This document shows positions 40,507 through 53,762 of a DNA stretch of 64,000 bases, piece by piece (position 1 is the stretch's first letter; each line of letters opens with the position of its first letter). Location of the stretch: positions 20,894,001-20,958,000 of the forward strand of contig NC_043001.1 in the NCBI RefSeq assembly GCF_006345805.1, in the 5' to 3' direction. The stretch is from Octopus sinensis (taxonomy: Eukaryota). The position numbers and the translations under genes are program-made. The notes under the pieces were generated by a model, which had not been told where the DNA came from, made no database searches, and was given only the letters and a program-made list of their open reading frames with translations.

Positions 40507-40508
<2 letters not shown>
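37850..40508 (+). mobile_element. 5'-truncated RTE-clade LINE: RT, PHD finger, internally triplicated 3' UTR, (TGA)n tail
   Basis: GFVPGKSTTDAIF..FVDLEKAFDRV..GVHQGSVLSPLLF..LYADDL..RLRWYGHV..GRGRPRKTW. One frameshift (38402-38408) and one stop (38856). Flanked by (ATT)n. Confidence 0.93.
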
Positions 40509-40583
<75 letters not shown>

Positions 40584-40584
<1 letters not shown>

Positions 40585-42744
40585 GTTTTTAAATGTTCAT
40601 CAAAATGGTGGAATTCGCCAGCAGATTTAACATTACTTTATATTTTAGAGTTTCCCATAGTATTTGATTTTGGTTTCATTTGATTTGGTAACAGAATGTG
40701 AATAGCAGTCCTTGATTTCTGGGTTGTCACCAGCCCTTATGCCGATCTCTGTAGGTAGCCCAGCCAGAAGCTTGTAGGTGCAGACATGCTTCTCAAAATG
40801 TTATACTTATGGGGGAACCAGCCATGTGTGTTGCGAGAATAGAACACAGAATCATGTGCCATCTGGTAGAACAGCTTCCTGAGACATTCTTCCTGTATTA
40901 TATAGCAGCAAGCCTTTGCAAAGAAACCTTTGCACCCGCACTCTCAGCAAACAATGGTACCATGCATAAATATTGTGGAAATCAGCTCAAGGAATCATAT
41001 CTGCCTGGTTTGAATTTTTGCAATAGAATGAACTCTGCTAAAGACCCAAAAACGTAAGGAACTAGTATTAAACTTTGTGGACTTTGTGACTGCTCAGTTA
41101 ACTATAATTTAGTCAATATTCCATGGAATTGAATATAACAGTTGGAGGCCTTGGCAAAGTGTTGAGAAAGAGAATCAGATGTAAATAGGTTTCAGTTCTA
41201 ATTGTCCTTTTTTTTTTTTTCTACCAAAATATTTAACAGTTACACATTTATTCAGCAGAAGCTTCTGAGGAATCCATTAAAGAAATTTGTGTTTGCATGA
41301 ATTTAGGCTGACAACTAGTTTCCTTAACTTATTTCGGTACCAACTGAGATCATCTGTACTAAATTATTCATATTTGATTGAAATCTCAATCAAAATCTCA
41401 ATATAACATTAATGGTTTTTCTGCCCCCCTTGCGTTTCTACTTGCATTGCATCCTTCACTGCATCCTTTAAGGCCCTCATGCTTTCCAAAATCCGCCGAA
41501 ACTACCCCTGCTTGTCCCCCTTCCATACTCATACACATGTGTATGTCATGACTCATGCACTGTTCTTTTCCTGACGCTTGTACATTACCCTATGTACTAT
41601 ACATATACTTTAGATGAGTTGCAGTGCACCTGAGCACTGTACACAATGTTTTATTATTATTATTATTATTATTATATTATTGTTTTTAAATGTTCATCAA
41701 AATGGTGGAATTCGCCAGCAGATTTAACATTACTTTATATTTTAGAGTTTCCCATAGTATTTGATTTTGGTTTCATTTGATTTGGTAACAGAATGTGAAT
41801 AGCAGTCCTTGATTTCTGGGTTGTCACCAGCCCTTATGCCGATCTCTGTAGGTAGCCCAGCCAGAAGCTTGTAGGTGCAGACATGCTTCTCAAAATGTTA
41901 TACTTATGGGGGAACCAGCCATGTGTGTTGCGAGAATAGAACACAGAATCATGTGCCATCTGGTAGAACAGCTTCCTGAGACATTCTTCCTGTATTATAT
42001 AGCAGCAAGCCTTTGCAAAGAAACCTTTGCACCCGCACTCTCAGCAAACAATGGTACCATGCATAAATATTGTGGAAATCAGCTCAAGGAATCATATCTG
42101 CCTGGTTTGAATTTTTGCAATAGAATGAACTCTGCTAAAGACCCAAAAACGTAAGGAACTAGTATTAAACTTTGTGGACTTTGTGACTGCTCAGTTAACT
42201 ATAATTTAGTCAATATTCCATGGAATTGAATATAACAGTTGGAGGCCTTGGCAAAGTGTTGAGAAAGAGAATCAGATGTAAATAGGTTTCAGTTCTAATT
42301 GTCCTTTTTTTTTTTTCTACCAAAATATTTAACAGTTACACATTTATTCAGCAGAAGCTTCTGAGGAATCCATTAAAGAAATTTGTGTTTGCATGAATTT
42401 AGGCTGACAACTAGTTTCCTTAACTTATTTCGGTACCAACTGAGATCATCTGTACTAAATTATTCATATTTGATTGAAATCTCAATCAAAATCTCAATAT
42501 AACATTAATGGTTTTTCTGCCCCCCTTGCGTTTCTACTTGCATTGCATCCTTCACTGCATCCTTTAAGGCCCTCATGCTTTCCAAAATCCGCCGAAACTA
42601 CCCCTGCTTGTCCCCCTTCCATACTCATACACATGTGTATGTCATGACTCATGCACTGTTCTTTTCCTGACGCTTGTACATTACCCTATGTACTATACAT
42701 ATACTTTAGATGAGTTGCAGTGCACCTGAGCACTGTACACAATG

Positions 42745-42777
<33 letters not shown>
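40584..42777 (+). repeat. Near-identical ~1097-bp tandem duplication bounded by (ATT)n
   Basis: Identical ORFs at 40809 and 41906; only a poly-T and microsatellite length difference was seen. Confidence 0.95.
40755..41053 (+). CDS. Candidate Cys-rich exon, possibly tectonic-like (duplicate at 41852-42150)
   Basis: Open from CTGTAG| to donor GTAAGG; VAQPEACRC-x15-C-x9-C-x5-L spacing. Confidence 0.35.
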
Positions 42778-42778
<1 letters not shown>

Positions 42779-43019
42779 GTATCTTGAGGTCCACATAGAC
42801 ATCTCATCACCATCCTCTCGGGGTCGATAAATTAAGTACCAGTTTCGCACTGGTTCGATGTAATCGACTTAATCCCTTTGTCTGTCCTTGTTTGTCCCCT
42901 CTGTGTTCAGCCCCTTGTGGGTAGTAAAGAAATATATATTTCATCTCAATCGCCCCCTACATGACCCTCTCTCCCAAAATGCAAATAACTATGTATATCT
43001 TCTATGGTTATCAACCTGC

Positions 43020-43270
43020 TCTGCGGTGGTCTTTTCTCTGAAGCTTTCATTCTCGAAGGAGAAGGGCTTTCACCTTCCAGGTTGCGGATCTGTGGAACAA
43101 GCTGCCGGTCGAGATAGTGAAGATGCTGACGACCGCTCGGTTCAAAGTCTCTCTTGACCAGAAATGGCCTGAACTCTTTGCATGAACACCCTCCCTGTAC
43201 ATAACTACACGTCCCCCTACATGGCCTTGCTTTTTGCTTTTTGAGCCAAAAAATTAACTTAACTTAACTT
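43020..43270 (+). mobile_element. CR1-like LINE extreme 3' end (second family)
   Basis: FQVADLWNKLPVEIV...FKVSLD, with an (AACTT)n tail. Confidence 0.65.
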
Positions 43271-43451
43271 ATTTCAGTTTGTTAACACCAACATAAATAT
43301 ACTGATATATAAAATTTAGGAATGTCATTCTAAACGTCTCCTCAAATCTTAATTACAATGAAAATTAATTGAAACACAAAGTTTACTCATTATGAAAGAG
43401 TTAAGGCTATATTGGTTAGAAAGCTTTATATAGACTTAGACATTAATACAA

Positions 43452-44040
43452 CCTATTTCTTTACTACCCACAAGGGGCTAAACACTGAGACGACAAACAA
43501 GGACAGACAAACGGATTAAGTCGATTATATCAACCTCAGTGCGTAACTGGTACTTATTTAATCGACCCCGAAAGGATGAAAGGCAAAGTCAACCTCGGCG
43601 GAATTTGAACTCAGAACATAAAGACAGACGAAATACCTATTTCTTTACTACCTACAAGGGGCTAAACACAGAGGAGACAAACAAGGACAGACAGATGGAT
43701 TAAGTCGTTTATATCGACCCCAGTGCGTAACTGGTACTTAATTTATCGACCCCGAAAGGATGAAAGGCAAAGTCAACCTCGGCGGAATTTGGACTCAGAA
43801 CATAAAGACAGACGAAATACCTATTTCTTTACTACCCACAAGGGGCTAAACACAGAGGAGACAAACAGATTAAGTCGATTATATCGACCCCAGTGCATAA
43901 CTGGTACTTATTTAATCGACCCCGAAAGGATGAAAGGCAAAGTTAACCTCGGCAGAATTTGAACTCAGAACATAAAGACAGACGAAATACCGCTAAGCAT
44001 TTCGCCTGGCATGCTAACGTTTCTTGCCAGCCCACCGCAA
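43452..44040 (-). mobile_element. Nin-domain SINE trimer
   Basis: Three ~185-bp head-to-tail units; only the first carries the full 5' head. Confidence 0.88.
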
Positions 44041-44452
44041 TTATACAACCAGTGTGTCTTAAGTGTGAAGGTCATTGTCTAATTATTCTCCAAAACAAGC
44101 TCCTGAGTACTTTCCCACAGTTTAAAACCTTTTATGGTCCTACTCTGCTCTTTCTTCTCTCTAGTTAACTTTCTGTTTAGCAATGTTTCAAATATTCTCA
44201 AAACAAATAAATAGATAAATATATAAAAATAAAATATAAAAAAATGAACAAAAGGATTAGAAAAGTTGTCGCTGGTGTCGGATTACTTAACAACAATAAC
44301 TGATATTAAATTACTCTCAGCTGTCTTTTATAAATTCAATTTCATCATCACTTACATTCGGGATATTTTGTTCTGCTCTCATTCTAAGTAATTTATAAGT
44401 AGTTACACATTTGCATCACTGATCAAGAAAACTGAAAAGAGACTTTATGAAT

Positions 44453-45360
<908 letters not shown>

Positions 45361-45762
45361 CGCGTGCAGGAGTGGCTATGTGGTGAGTAGCTTGCTTTCC
45401 AACGACATGGTTCTAGGTTCAGTCCCACTGCGTGGCACCTTGGGCAAGTGTCTTCTACTATAGCCTGGGGCTGACCAAAGCCTTGTGAGTGGATTTGGTA
45501 GAAGTGGAAAGAAGCCCGTTGTATATATGTATATGTGTATGTGTGTGTATATGTTTGTGTATCTGTGTTTGTCTCCCCCAACTTTGCTTGACAACCGATG
45601 ATGGTGTGTTTACGTCCCCATCACTTAGAAGTTCGGTAAGAGAGACCGCTAGAATAAGAACTAGGCTTACAAAGAATAAGTGCTGGGGTCGATTTGCTTG
45701 ACATGGCTGCAGTCAAATGACTGAAACAAGTAAAAGAATAAAGAATAATATATATATATATA

Positions 45763-46443
45763 TCATCATCATTTAACGTCCGTTCTCCATGGTAGCATGG
45801 GTTGGACAGTTCGACCGGGGATCTGGGAAGCCAGTCAAGGCGGCGTTGGCATCGGCCACGATTCGGATAGTGCTTTTTACGTGTCACCGGCACGGAAGCC
45901 AGTCTGGGCAGCACAGGCATCAGCCACGTTCAGATGGTGCTTTTTACGTGCCGCCGGCACAGGGATCACATCTGCAGTTTCCATTGATTTTGATGTTGAT
46001 GTACTTGACTCAATGGATCTCCTCAGGCACAGGGTTGAAATGATGTTTCTTCACTTGCCACCTGCACAGGAGTCAGTCCAGCGGTCCTGGCAACTGCCGG
46101 GTGCCAGTCATAGGATTGGTTCAATTTCGATTCCGATTTCACTTGCCCCAACAGGTCTTCGCAAGCAGAGTTTAGTGTCCAATGAAGGGAGGTTGGCATG
46201 GGTGCCTGTTGTCGGATGAGGTTCGATTTCGACTTCGCTTGCCTCAATAGGTCTTTGTGTGTCCAAGGGAGGAAAGACATGCATAAGTGAGCTGGACTCA
46301 CTTGTCCTGCCGGGTCTTCTCACGCACAGCATATTTCCAAAGGTCTCGGTCACTAGTCATTGCCTCAGTGAGGCCTAAAGTTCGAAGGTCATGCTTCACC
46401 ATCTCATCCCAGGTTTTCCTGGGTCTACCTCTTCCACGGGTTC
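45763..46443 (-). mobile_element. RTE LINE 3' end
   Basis: Reverse complement encodes RGRGRPRKTWDEMVKHDLRTLGL, followed by the UTR and (TGA)n tail. Confidence 0.85.
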
Positions 46444-46645
46444 AGATGCATCTGAACTACACAACCTCATATGTTCCTAAAATTTATATCTACTTCTTTA
46501 TCTGTATATTTACCTTCCATAAAATGTTATTACTTGATTTGAAAGCTTTTATATTATTGGAAAACCTATATAAATTGGCTGAAGAATACTCGGCATCTTA
46601 AATCTGCTGTAATATTTACAGCTTTTAATAAAATGTTGTAGTATG

Positions 46646-49600
46646 TGTGGGATGACGTTTGCAGCTGGGTGCGTTGACCGGAAGCTGGGGCAACCAGAAG
46701 GGGCAGCTGTCAGGCGTTCGCAGGCAGCGGTGAATTGGGCCTTTCCAACGTGGGTCGTCCAGGTGACAAGATGTGTGAGGACATCGCTAAGGGTTTGGGT
46801 GAGCAGCTGCTATCTTTAGTGTTCGGGTCGGGGCTGTGTTGAAGGACTAGTTACCGCTGAAGGGTCTCCATCATGAGGAAGAGAAGGTAGGTGCCTTTAT
46901 ATTCAAATCGCGCACACACCACAAGCTATTTCGGCAGTTCTTAAACATTTACATTTCAACACAATTTGTCGCCATGATGTCTGCAAAAATTAGGAACGCC
47001 AGCGACGTCGTCAGACCTTTTAATGGTGAAGGCGAAGTAGTGGACTGGATTCGCAAAATCAGGCTGGTGGCAAGACTGCAAGGTATAAGCGATGTGGCAA
47101 GTCTTATGGCGCTGTATTTAGAAGGGAGCGCCTTAACGCTATACCTTGAGATGGATGAAGAGGAACAGCTCAGCGAGGAGAACATAGAGTGACGCTTGCG
47201 GGATGCCTACACGGAATGCGAATACACAGCTTTTGCTAAGCTAGGTGCGATCAGGTGGACGGGAGGCCAAGTGGATGACTATGCAGCAGAAGTTAGAAGG
47301 TTAGCGATTCTGGCTGGGTTTGCAGGAGAAGGACTGGAGAGAGCAGCCCGGCTGGCGTTTGTGAATGGGTTCCCCGACGATGTAGGGATTCACCTACAAC
47401 GACTGCCCGGGATTAAAAAGATGGCGCTGAGCGAACTTGTGGCTCAGGCCCGTGTGTTGATGAGACACTCTGGGTGGAAGGCGATGGCGGTGACAGAGGC
47501 ACGTAAAGATGGACGACGTCCCAAGAAAGACGTACAGAAGCTTACCGTGCAACGAGAGTGGCCGTTCTCAGGACGGTGTTTTAGATGCCAGGGACCGCAC
47601 ATGGCGCGGGACTACGCAGCCGGGGCCCGTTTGCTATCGATACAGGCAGACAGGGCACATTGCCCGTGATTGCGACCAGGGAAACGACCGCGGGGAAGTT
47701 GCTGCCTCTCGAACTTTCCCCGCAAACGAGTAGAGGCGCTATTGGAGACGCTGCCATTGATTGACGTGGAGGCCGAGGGGAAGACGTTCAAGGCCCTCAT
47801 GGATACGGGCTGTACGACCACCCTTGTGACTTCGAGGGTGACGAAGGAATGGAACGGGGTGAGTAGTGTCCGGGCGGTCGACGGCAGCTAAATCCATTGC
47901 AGAGGCAGCAGCAAGGTAGAGATAGTGGTGCGCGGCGCGACGCTAAGGCTGCAGGCAATTTTGGCCGAACGCGTGATTGATGGAGTTGATGTGGTGATGG
48001 GGATGGACGCCATCAACTGCCTCGGTGGTGTCAGTGTTGTGGGAAATGAGGTCACATTTGGAAGCGTGGGGGCGTCGTGCACTGTGAGTCAGGATCGCCA
48101 GAGAGAGCAGAGCCCCGTGAGGGATTGCCCCGCTTACACCATCGAGGACAAAGACTTTCAGGCGGTGTTCGATGGTCAGCGGTGGACGATAGAGTGGTGA
48201 TGGAAGGATGAGCCCCTGACGCTGGAAAACAGGGTGAGCTGTTACCAGCATATCCTGAAAGGCCACGCCAGGGTCGAGTTTGAAGACGAGGTGGAGAGGT
48301 GGATCGAGGAAGGGGTCCTTGTCCCTTGGAAGGAGAAGGTAGTGGGCGGAGTGCTACCCCTGATGGCGGTGGTGCAGCCTACGAAGGGAAAAGTCAGACC
48401 GGTGCTGGACTTCAGGGAGCTAAACCAGCACATATTGTGTCACACGGGAGGTGAGGCGACAGACGTTTGTGGTGAGGCGTTACGTAAGTGGAGACAGTCG
48501 ACTGAGGCAGCGATGATTGTCGACTTGAAATCGGCATTCTTGCAGCTCCATGTGAGCGACAAACTGTGGTGATATCAGCTGGTGCGGTACAAGGGCCGGA
48601 CGTACTGTTTAACCAGGCTGGGTTTCGGGCTGAATTCCGCTCTGAAGATCATGGCGGCAGTGCTTAGGTCCGTCCTAGGAAAAGACGGCAAGATTAGAAA
48701 GGCCACCAGCTCCTACATTGACGACATTTTGGTGGACGAAACTGTAGTGCCAGCTGACGAGGTAGTTAGACATCTGGAGAAGTTCGGACTGATTGCTAAG
48801 CCACTGGAGTCGATTGAAGGGGGAGCCGCGCTGGGGCTGAAGCTGCAAAGAGATGGATTGGGTGAATTGGTGTTCCGGAGAGGAAATGAAATCCCAGAGC
48901 TGAGTTCCAGCGTCAGCAGGAGAGAGCTGTTCTCGGTGTGTGGGAAGTTGGTCGGTCACTATCCGATCACTGGATGGCTGCGCACGGCATGTAGTTACAC
49001 CAAGAGATGAGCAGAAGGGGAGAGGTGGGGCGACAAGGTGGGAGAAGGGATGGTGGCGATGATGCAGGAAATCCTAGAGCGGATGAGAGTGGAAGACGGA
49101 ATGCGGGACCGTCTGGTGTGATGCTAGCAGTATAGCGATAGGGGTGGTGTTGGCAATCGAAGGCGCTGCAGTGGAGGACGCGGCCTGGCTTCGGAAAGCA
49201 GATGATTTCAACCACATCAATGTCGCCGAATTAGACGCGGTGCTGAAAGGGGTGAACTTGGCCTTGAAATGGGGGCTGCGCACGATTGAAATCCGGATGG
49301 ATTCAGCCACTGTGCTTGGCTGGGTAGGATCGGTGATCACCGGTGAAAAGAGAGTGTGGACGAAAGGTGCTGCAGAGATGTTAGTGAAGCGCCGTCTAGG
49401 AGTTCTAGATGAATTGATTGCCGAGTTCGGACTGAAGCTGAACGTGGTTTTCGTGCCTTCGGAGAAAAACAGGGCGGACGTACTGACCAAGGTGAAAAGA
49501 ACATGGTTGGAAGAACCGGAGGAGGCCCAGAAAGGGATAGCTGCGGCATGTCAGTTGGATGACTCTGAACTGAAGAAACTACATGCTATGCATCACCTGG

Positions 49601-50737
49601 GTGTGGGCAGGACCCTGTATCTGGCGAAGAAAATTGATGCATCGACCCTGCTCCGTGTGGGCATGAACAAGGAAGCCTTTCCGTGGAGCAGAACTGGAAA
49701 AGGCTAGCTGTGGATGTGACACACTACCGTCAGCGAATGTACCTCTCCATGGTCGACTGCGGGCCGGGCCGGCTGGCCATTTGGAGGGAGTTGAGATCGG
49801 GCATTGCTGACGAGATCGCGCAGATCCTGAACGGGATATTTTTAGAGAGAGGTCCCGTGGAAGAACTACTGATGGACAACGGGGCGGCATTTCGTTCGGA
49901 AGCATTGAGGGTTATGCTTGATCGGTGGAATGTGTGATGCTTGTTCAGAGCAGCGTATAGACTGAGCGGTAATGGGATCATGGAGAGGCACCATCGGACA
50001 GTCAAGGCCATAGTGGAAAGAAGGCACATTTCGCCACTTGAAGCAGTTTTTTGGTACAACTTGTCTCCCCGATCCGGACAAGCTGAGGAATCTGTGCTAC
50101 AGAGAGCTGTGTTCAAATATGAATGGAGGCACCTGAGCAAAGCGCCGGAGGGTCACGAGGAAGAGAAGGGACCCGTTCGCGTGAAAATAGGGGAGGAAGT
50201 CTGGGTCAAGCCACCAAAGGCGCGCTGTACGTCTCAAAGGAGCAGAGGAACGGTAACGGCAGTCAATTCCAGAAACAATGTATCCGTAGATGGAACGCCA
50301 CAACACGTCTTGGACCTTCGCAGGATTGTCGCTTCGACGGACGACAATTCTGGAGAGGGGGAGAACGAGGTGCCCAGCTTGAGAAGATCTCGACGAGCAA
50401 GGCGCTCACCTGGTTGGATGGTGGACTACGACATGGAGTGGAGAGATTGTGATCTTTAAGATCAGGGTGGCGTATGGGATGATGTCAGCAGCTGTGTGCG
50501 TTGACTGGAAGCTGGGGCAACCGGAAGGGGCAGCTGTCAGGCGTGCGCAGGCAGCGGTGAATTGGGCCTTTCCAACGTGGGTCGTCCAGGTGACAAGACG
50601 TGTGAGGACGTCGCTAAGGGTTTGGGTGAGCAGCTGCTATCTTTAGTGTTCGGGTCGGGACTGTGTCGAAGGACTAGTTACCACTGAAGGGTCTCCATCA
50701 CGAGGTGCCTTTATATTCAAATCGCGCACACACCACA
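46646..50737 (+). mobile_element. Full-length decayed Ty3/Gypsy LTR retrotransposon (LTRs 46646-46923 and 50473-50737, TSD GTATG)
   Basis: gag from 46974 with two CCHC-like knuckles; protease ALMDTGC; RT RPVLDFRELN..YIDDIL; RNase H HINVAEL..DS..NRAD; integrase VDVT..DNG..ER. Order PR-RT-RH-IN. Purine-rich tract before the 3' LTR. Several stops and frameshifts. Confidence 0.95.
47679..47723 (+). promoter_or_regulatory. Programmed -1 ribosomal frameshift signal (G GGA AAC + stem-loop)
   Basis: Heptamer is in phase with the gag C-terminal frame and its -1 frame is the protease frame. Stem GCGGGGAAGTT / AACTTTCCCCGC. Confidence 0.8.
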
Positions 50738-51012
50738 GTATGAAATAATTGTACCAAATTACCGGAATCATTCTTGTTGGTTATTTTTGATACATATATA
50801 TATATATATATATATATATGCATGTGTGTGTATATATATATATGTATGTATGTATATATATATGTATGTATTATGTATGCATACATGTATGTATGTCTAT
50901 GCTGTGTGGTAAGTATAAGTGCAGGAGTGGCTGTGCAGTAAGTAGCCTTGTGAGTGGATTTGGTAGACAGAAACTGAAAGAAGCCTGTTGTATATGTGTG
51001 TGTGTGTGTGTG

Positions 51013-51046
<34 letters not shown>

Positions 51047-51694
51047 GTCTGTGATTGTCCTCCCAACATCACTTGACAACTGCTGCTGGTGTGTTTACAT
51101 CCCCTTAACTTAGTGGTTCAGCAAAAGTGATTGATAGAATAAGTACTAGGCTTTACAAAGAATAAGATCCTGGGGTCAATTTGCTGCAGTAAAGGTAGCG
51201 CTACAGCATGGCCTCAGTCAAATGACTGAAACAAATAAAAGAATAAAATAATATATATATGTATGTATATATGTAAGAAATATATATGTAAGAAATATAT
51301 ATATATATATATATATATATAGGTCACTTGACCATTTAAGAAGATTCCACCAACATCCTGCTACTGTCATACCACTTACTATTATTGTTGTTGTTGTTGT
51401 TGTTGTTGTTCTTCTTCTTCTTCTTCTTCTGAAACCGGTACTAAATGTTCTTCATGATAAAATTATTTTAGCATTTTCTACCTTGTCCTATTTTCATTAT
51501 GTATGTACACACACACACGCACACGTACGTACGTACGTACCTATGTATGTATGTATGTATGTAGATATATACTGTCATCATCATTTAGCATCTGTCATCC
51601 ATGCTGGCATAGGTTGGATGGTTTGGCCAGGGCTGTTAAGCTGAAAGGCTGCACAAGTGTCATATATATATATATATATTAAAAAAAAATGAGG

Positions 51695-52016
51695 AACATT
51701 CTGTCAGTTATGATGATGAGGGTTCCAGCTGATACAATCAATGGAACAGCTTGCTCCTGAAATTAACATGCAAGTGGCTGAGCACTCCTCAGACACATGT
51801 ACCCTTAACATAGTTCTCAGGGTGATTCAGCCTGACACAAAGTGTGACAAGGCTGGCCCTTTAAAATACAGGTACAACACATTTTCACCAGCTGAGTAGA
51901 CTGGAGCAATGAGAAAAAAAGAGTCTTGCTCAAGGTCAGAGCATGTTGCCGGAAATTGAACTCACGACCTTACAATCATGAGCCAAATGCCCTAACCACT
52001 AAGCCATGTGCCTTCG
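51695..52016 (-). mobile_element. tRNA-derived SINE with CORE-like box and a distinct central domain
   Basis: Reverse complement: GGCACATGGCTTAGTGGTTAGGGCA..GAGTTCAATTTCC..CCTTGAGCAAGAC. Confidence 0.65.
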
Positions 52017-52239
52017 CACATATACATGCACGTACATACTTATATATGTGTGTGTGTGTGTTTGCATGTGTGTATGAATCTCATAGAGGAGCAGAGAAGA
52101 GATCGGGCTCACTCTTCAGATGCGTTTCTTGAGAATGCTTAGCCAACAGAAATTCAGATCTGGAAGCACATCATGTATGTGTGTGTGTGTGTGTATGTAT
52201 ATATATATATACATATACATACAACCAACGTTGCTTCAC

Positions 52240-52817
52240 GTTGCTTCACTGGCACCTGTGCCGGTGGCACATGAAAAAAGATTCGAGCGAGGTCATTGCC
52301 AGTACCGCCTGATGGCCCCTGTGCCAGTGACACATAAAAGCACCCACTACACGCTTGGAGTGGTTGGTGTTAAGAAGGGCATCCAGCTGTAAAAACTCTG
52401 CCAGATCAAGATTGGAGTCTGGTGCAGCCATCTGGTTCGCCAGACCTCAGTCAAAATCGTCCAACCCATGCTAGCATGGAAAGCGGACGTTAAACGATGA
52501 TGATGATGATGACATACACATGCAGTGTTGGTGTTAGGAGGGGCATCCAGCTGTTGAAACTCTGCCAGATCAAGATTGGATTCTGGTGCAGCCATCTGGT
52601 TTGCTAGTCCTCAGTCAAATCGTCCAACCCATGCTAGCATGGAAATCGGACGTTAAACGATGATGACGATGATGATGATGACATACACATGCAGTGTTGG
52701 TGTTAGGAAGGGCATCCAGCTGTAGAAACTCTGCCAGATCAGATTGGAGCCTGGTGCAGCCATCTGGTTCACCAGACCTCAGTCAAATCATCCAACCCAT
52801 GCTAGCATGGAAAGCAG
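52240..52817 (+). mobile_element. RTE 3' tail, locally triplicated (~170-bp units)
   Basis: GGTGTTAGGAAGGGCATCCAG...CCATGCTAGCATGGAAA(TGA)n x3. Confidence 0.85.
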
Positions 52818-53329
52818 GGTTTTAAACAGATCTATGATCAATGACGTTTGAGCCATAACCATTTGAGCATTATTGTATATCAAGGACTGCACTGAACTAT
52901 GTCTCCTTGTCATTTAAATCAGTGGGGTGTCATTTGAGGGACTCTGGCTGCTATTACTAGCAGGTCAAGTGGTCATAGAACAGTTCAGTTATTAGTTTGT
53001 GTGAGTAACAGGGAGGTGTATGTATATATGTACTGTACTTGATGACATATGTGACACACTTTTTCCTTGCCAAAAAATGTCTAAAAAAAGTATCACTCTG
53101 AGTCCTATATGCAAAGTTGGGCCTTTATTACAGGCCTTAATGCACTAAAAACATTTTGTCCTGACGCACTGTCGAAATAGTGGTGCATCTAATATTCCTG
53201 AGCATCTTTCAGGCCATGAAATTACATTGGTGCCCCAGCATGGCCGCGGCCTTCGGGCTAAAACATTTTAAAGGATTTTAAGGATTTATACATAGTCAGA
53301 CTAACAGACAAACAGACTGGTAGAGAGAT

Positions 53330-53747
53330 ATATTTCTTTACTACCCACAAGGGGCTACACACAGAGGGGACAAACAAGGACAGACAAAGGGATTAAGTCG
53401 ATTACATCGACCCCAGTGCGTAACTGATACTTAATTTATCGACCCCGAAAGGATGAAAGGCAAAGTCGGCCTCGGCGGAATTTGAACTCAGAACGTAGCG
53501 GCGGACGAAATACCTATGTCTTTACTACCCAGAAGGGGCTAAACATAGAGGGGACAAACAAGGAGAGACAAAGGGATTAAGTCGATTACATCGACCCGCA
53601 GTGCGTAACTGGTACTTAATTTATCGACCCCGAAAGGATGATAGGCAAAGTCGACCTCGGTGGAATTTGAACTCAGAACGTAGCGGCAGAAGAAATACGG
53701 CTACGCATTTCGCCCGGCGTGCTAACGTTTCTGCCAGTTCGCCGCCT
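53330..53747 (-). mobile_element. Nin-domain SINE dimer
   Basis: Two head-to-tail units. Confidence 0.85.
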
Positions 53748-53762
53748 AAAAGATAGAAAGAC

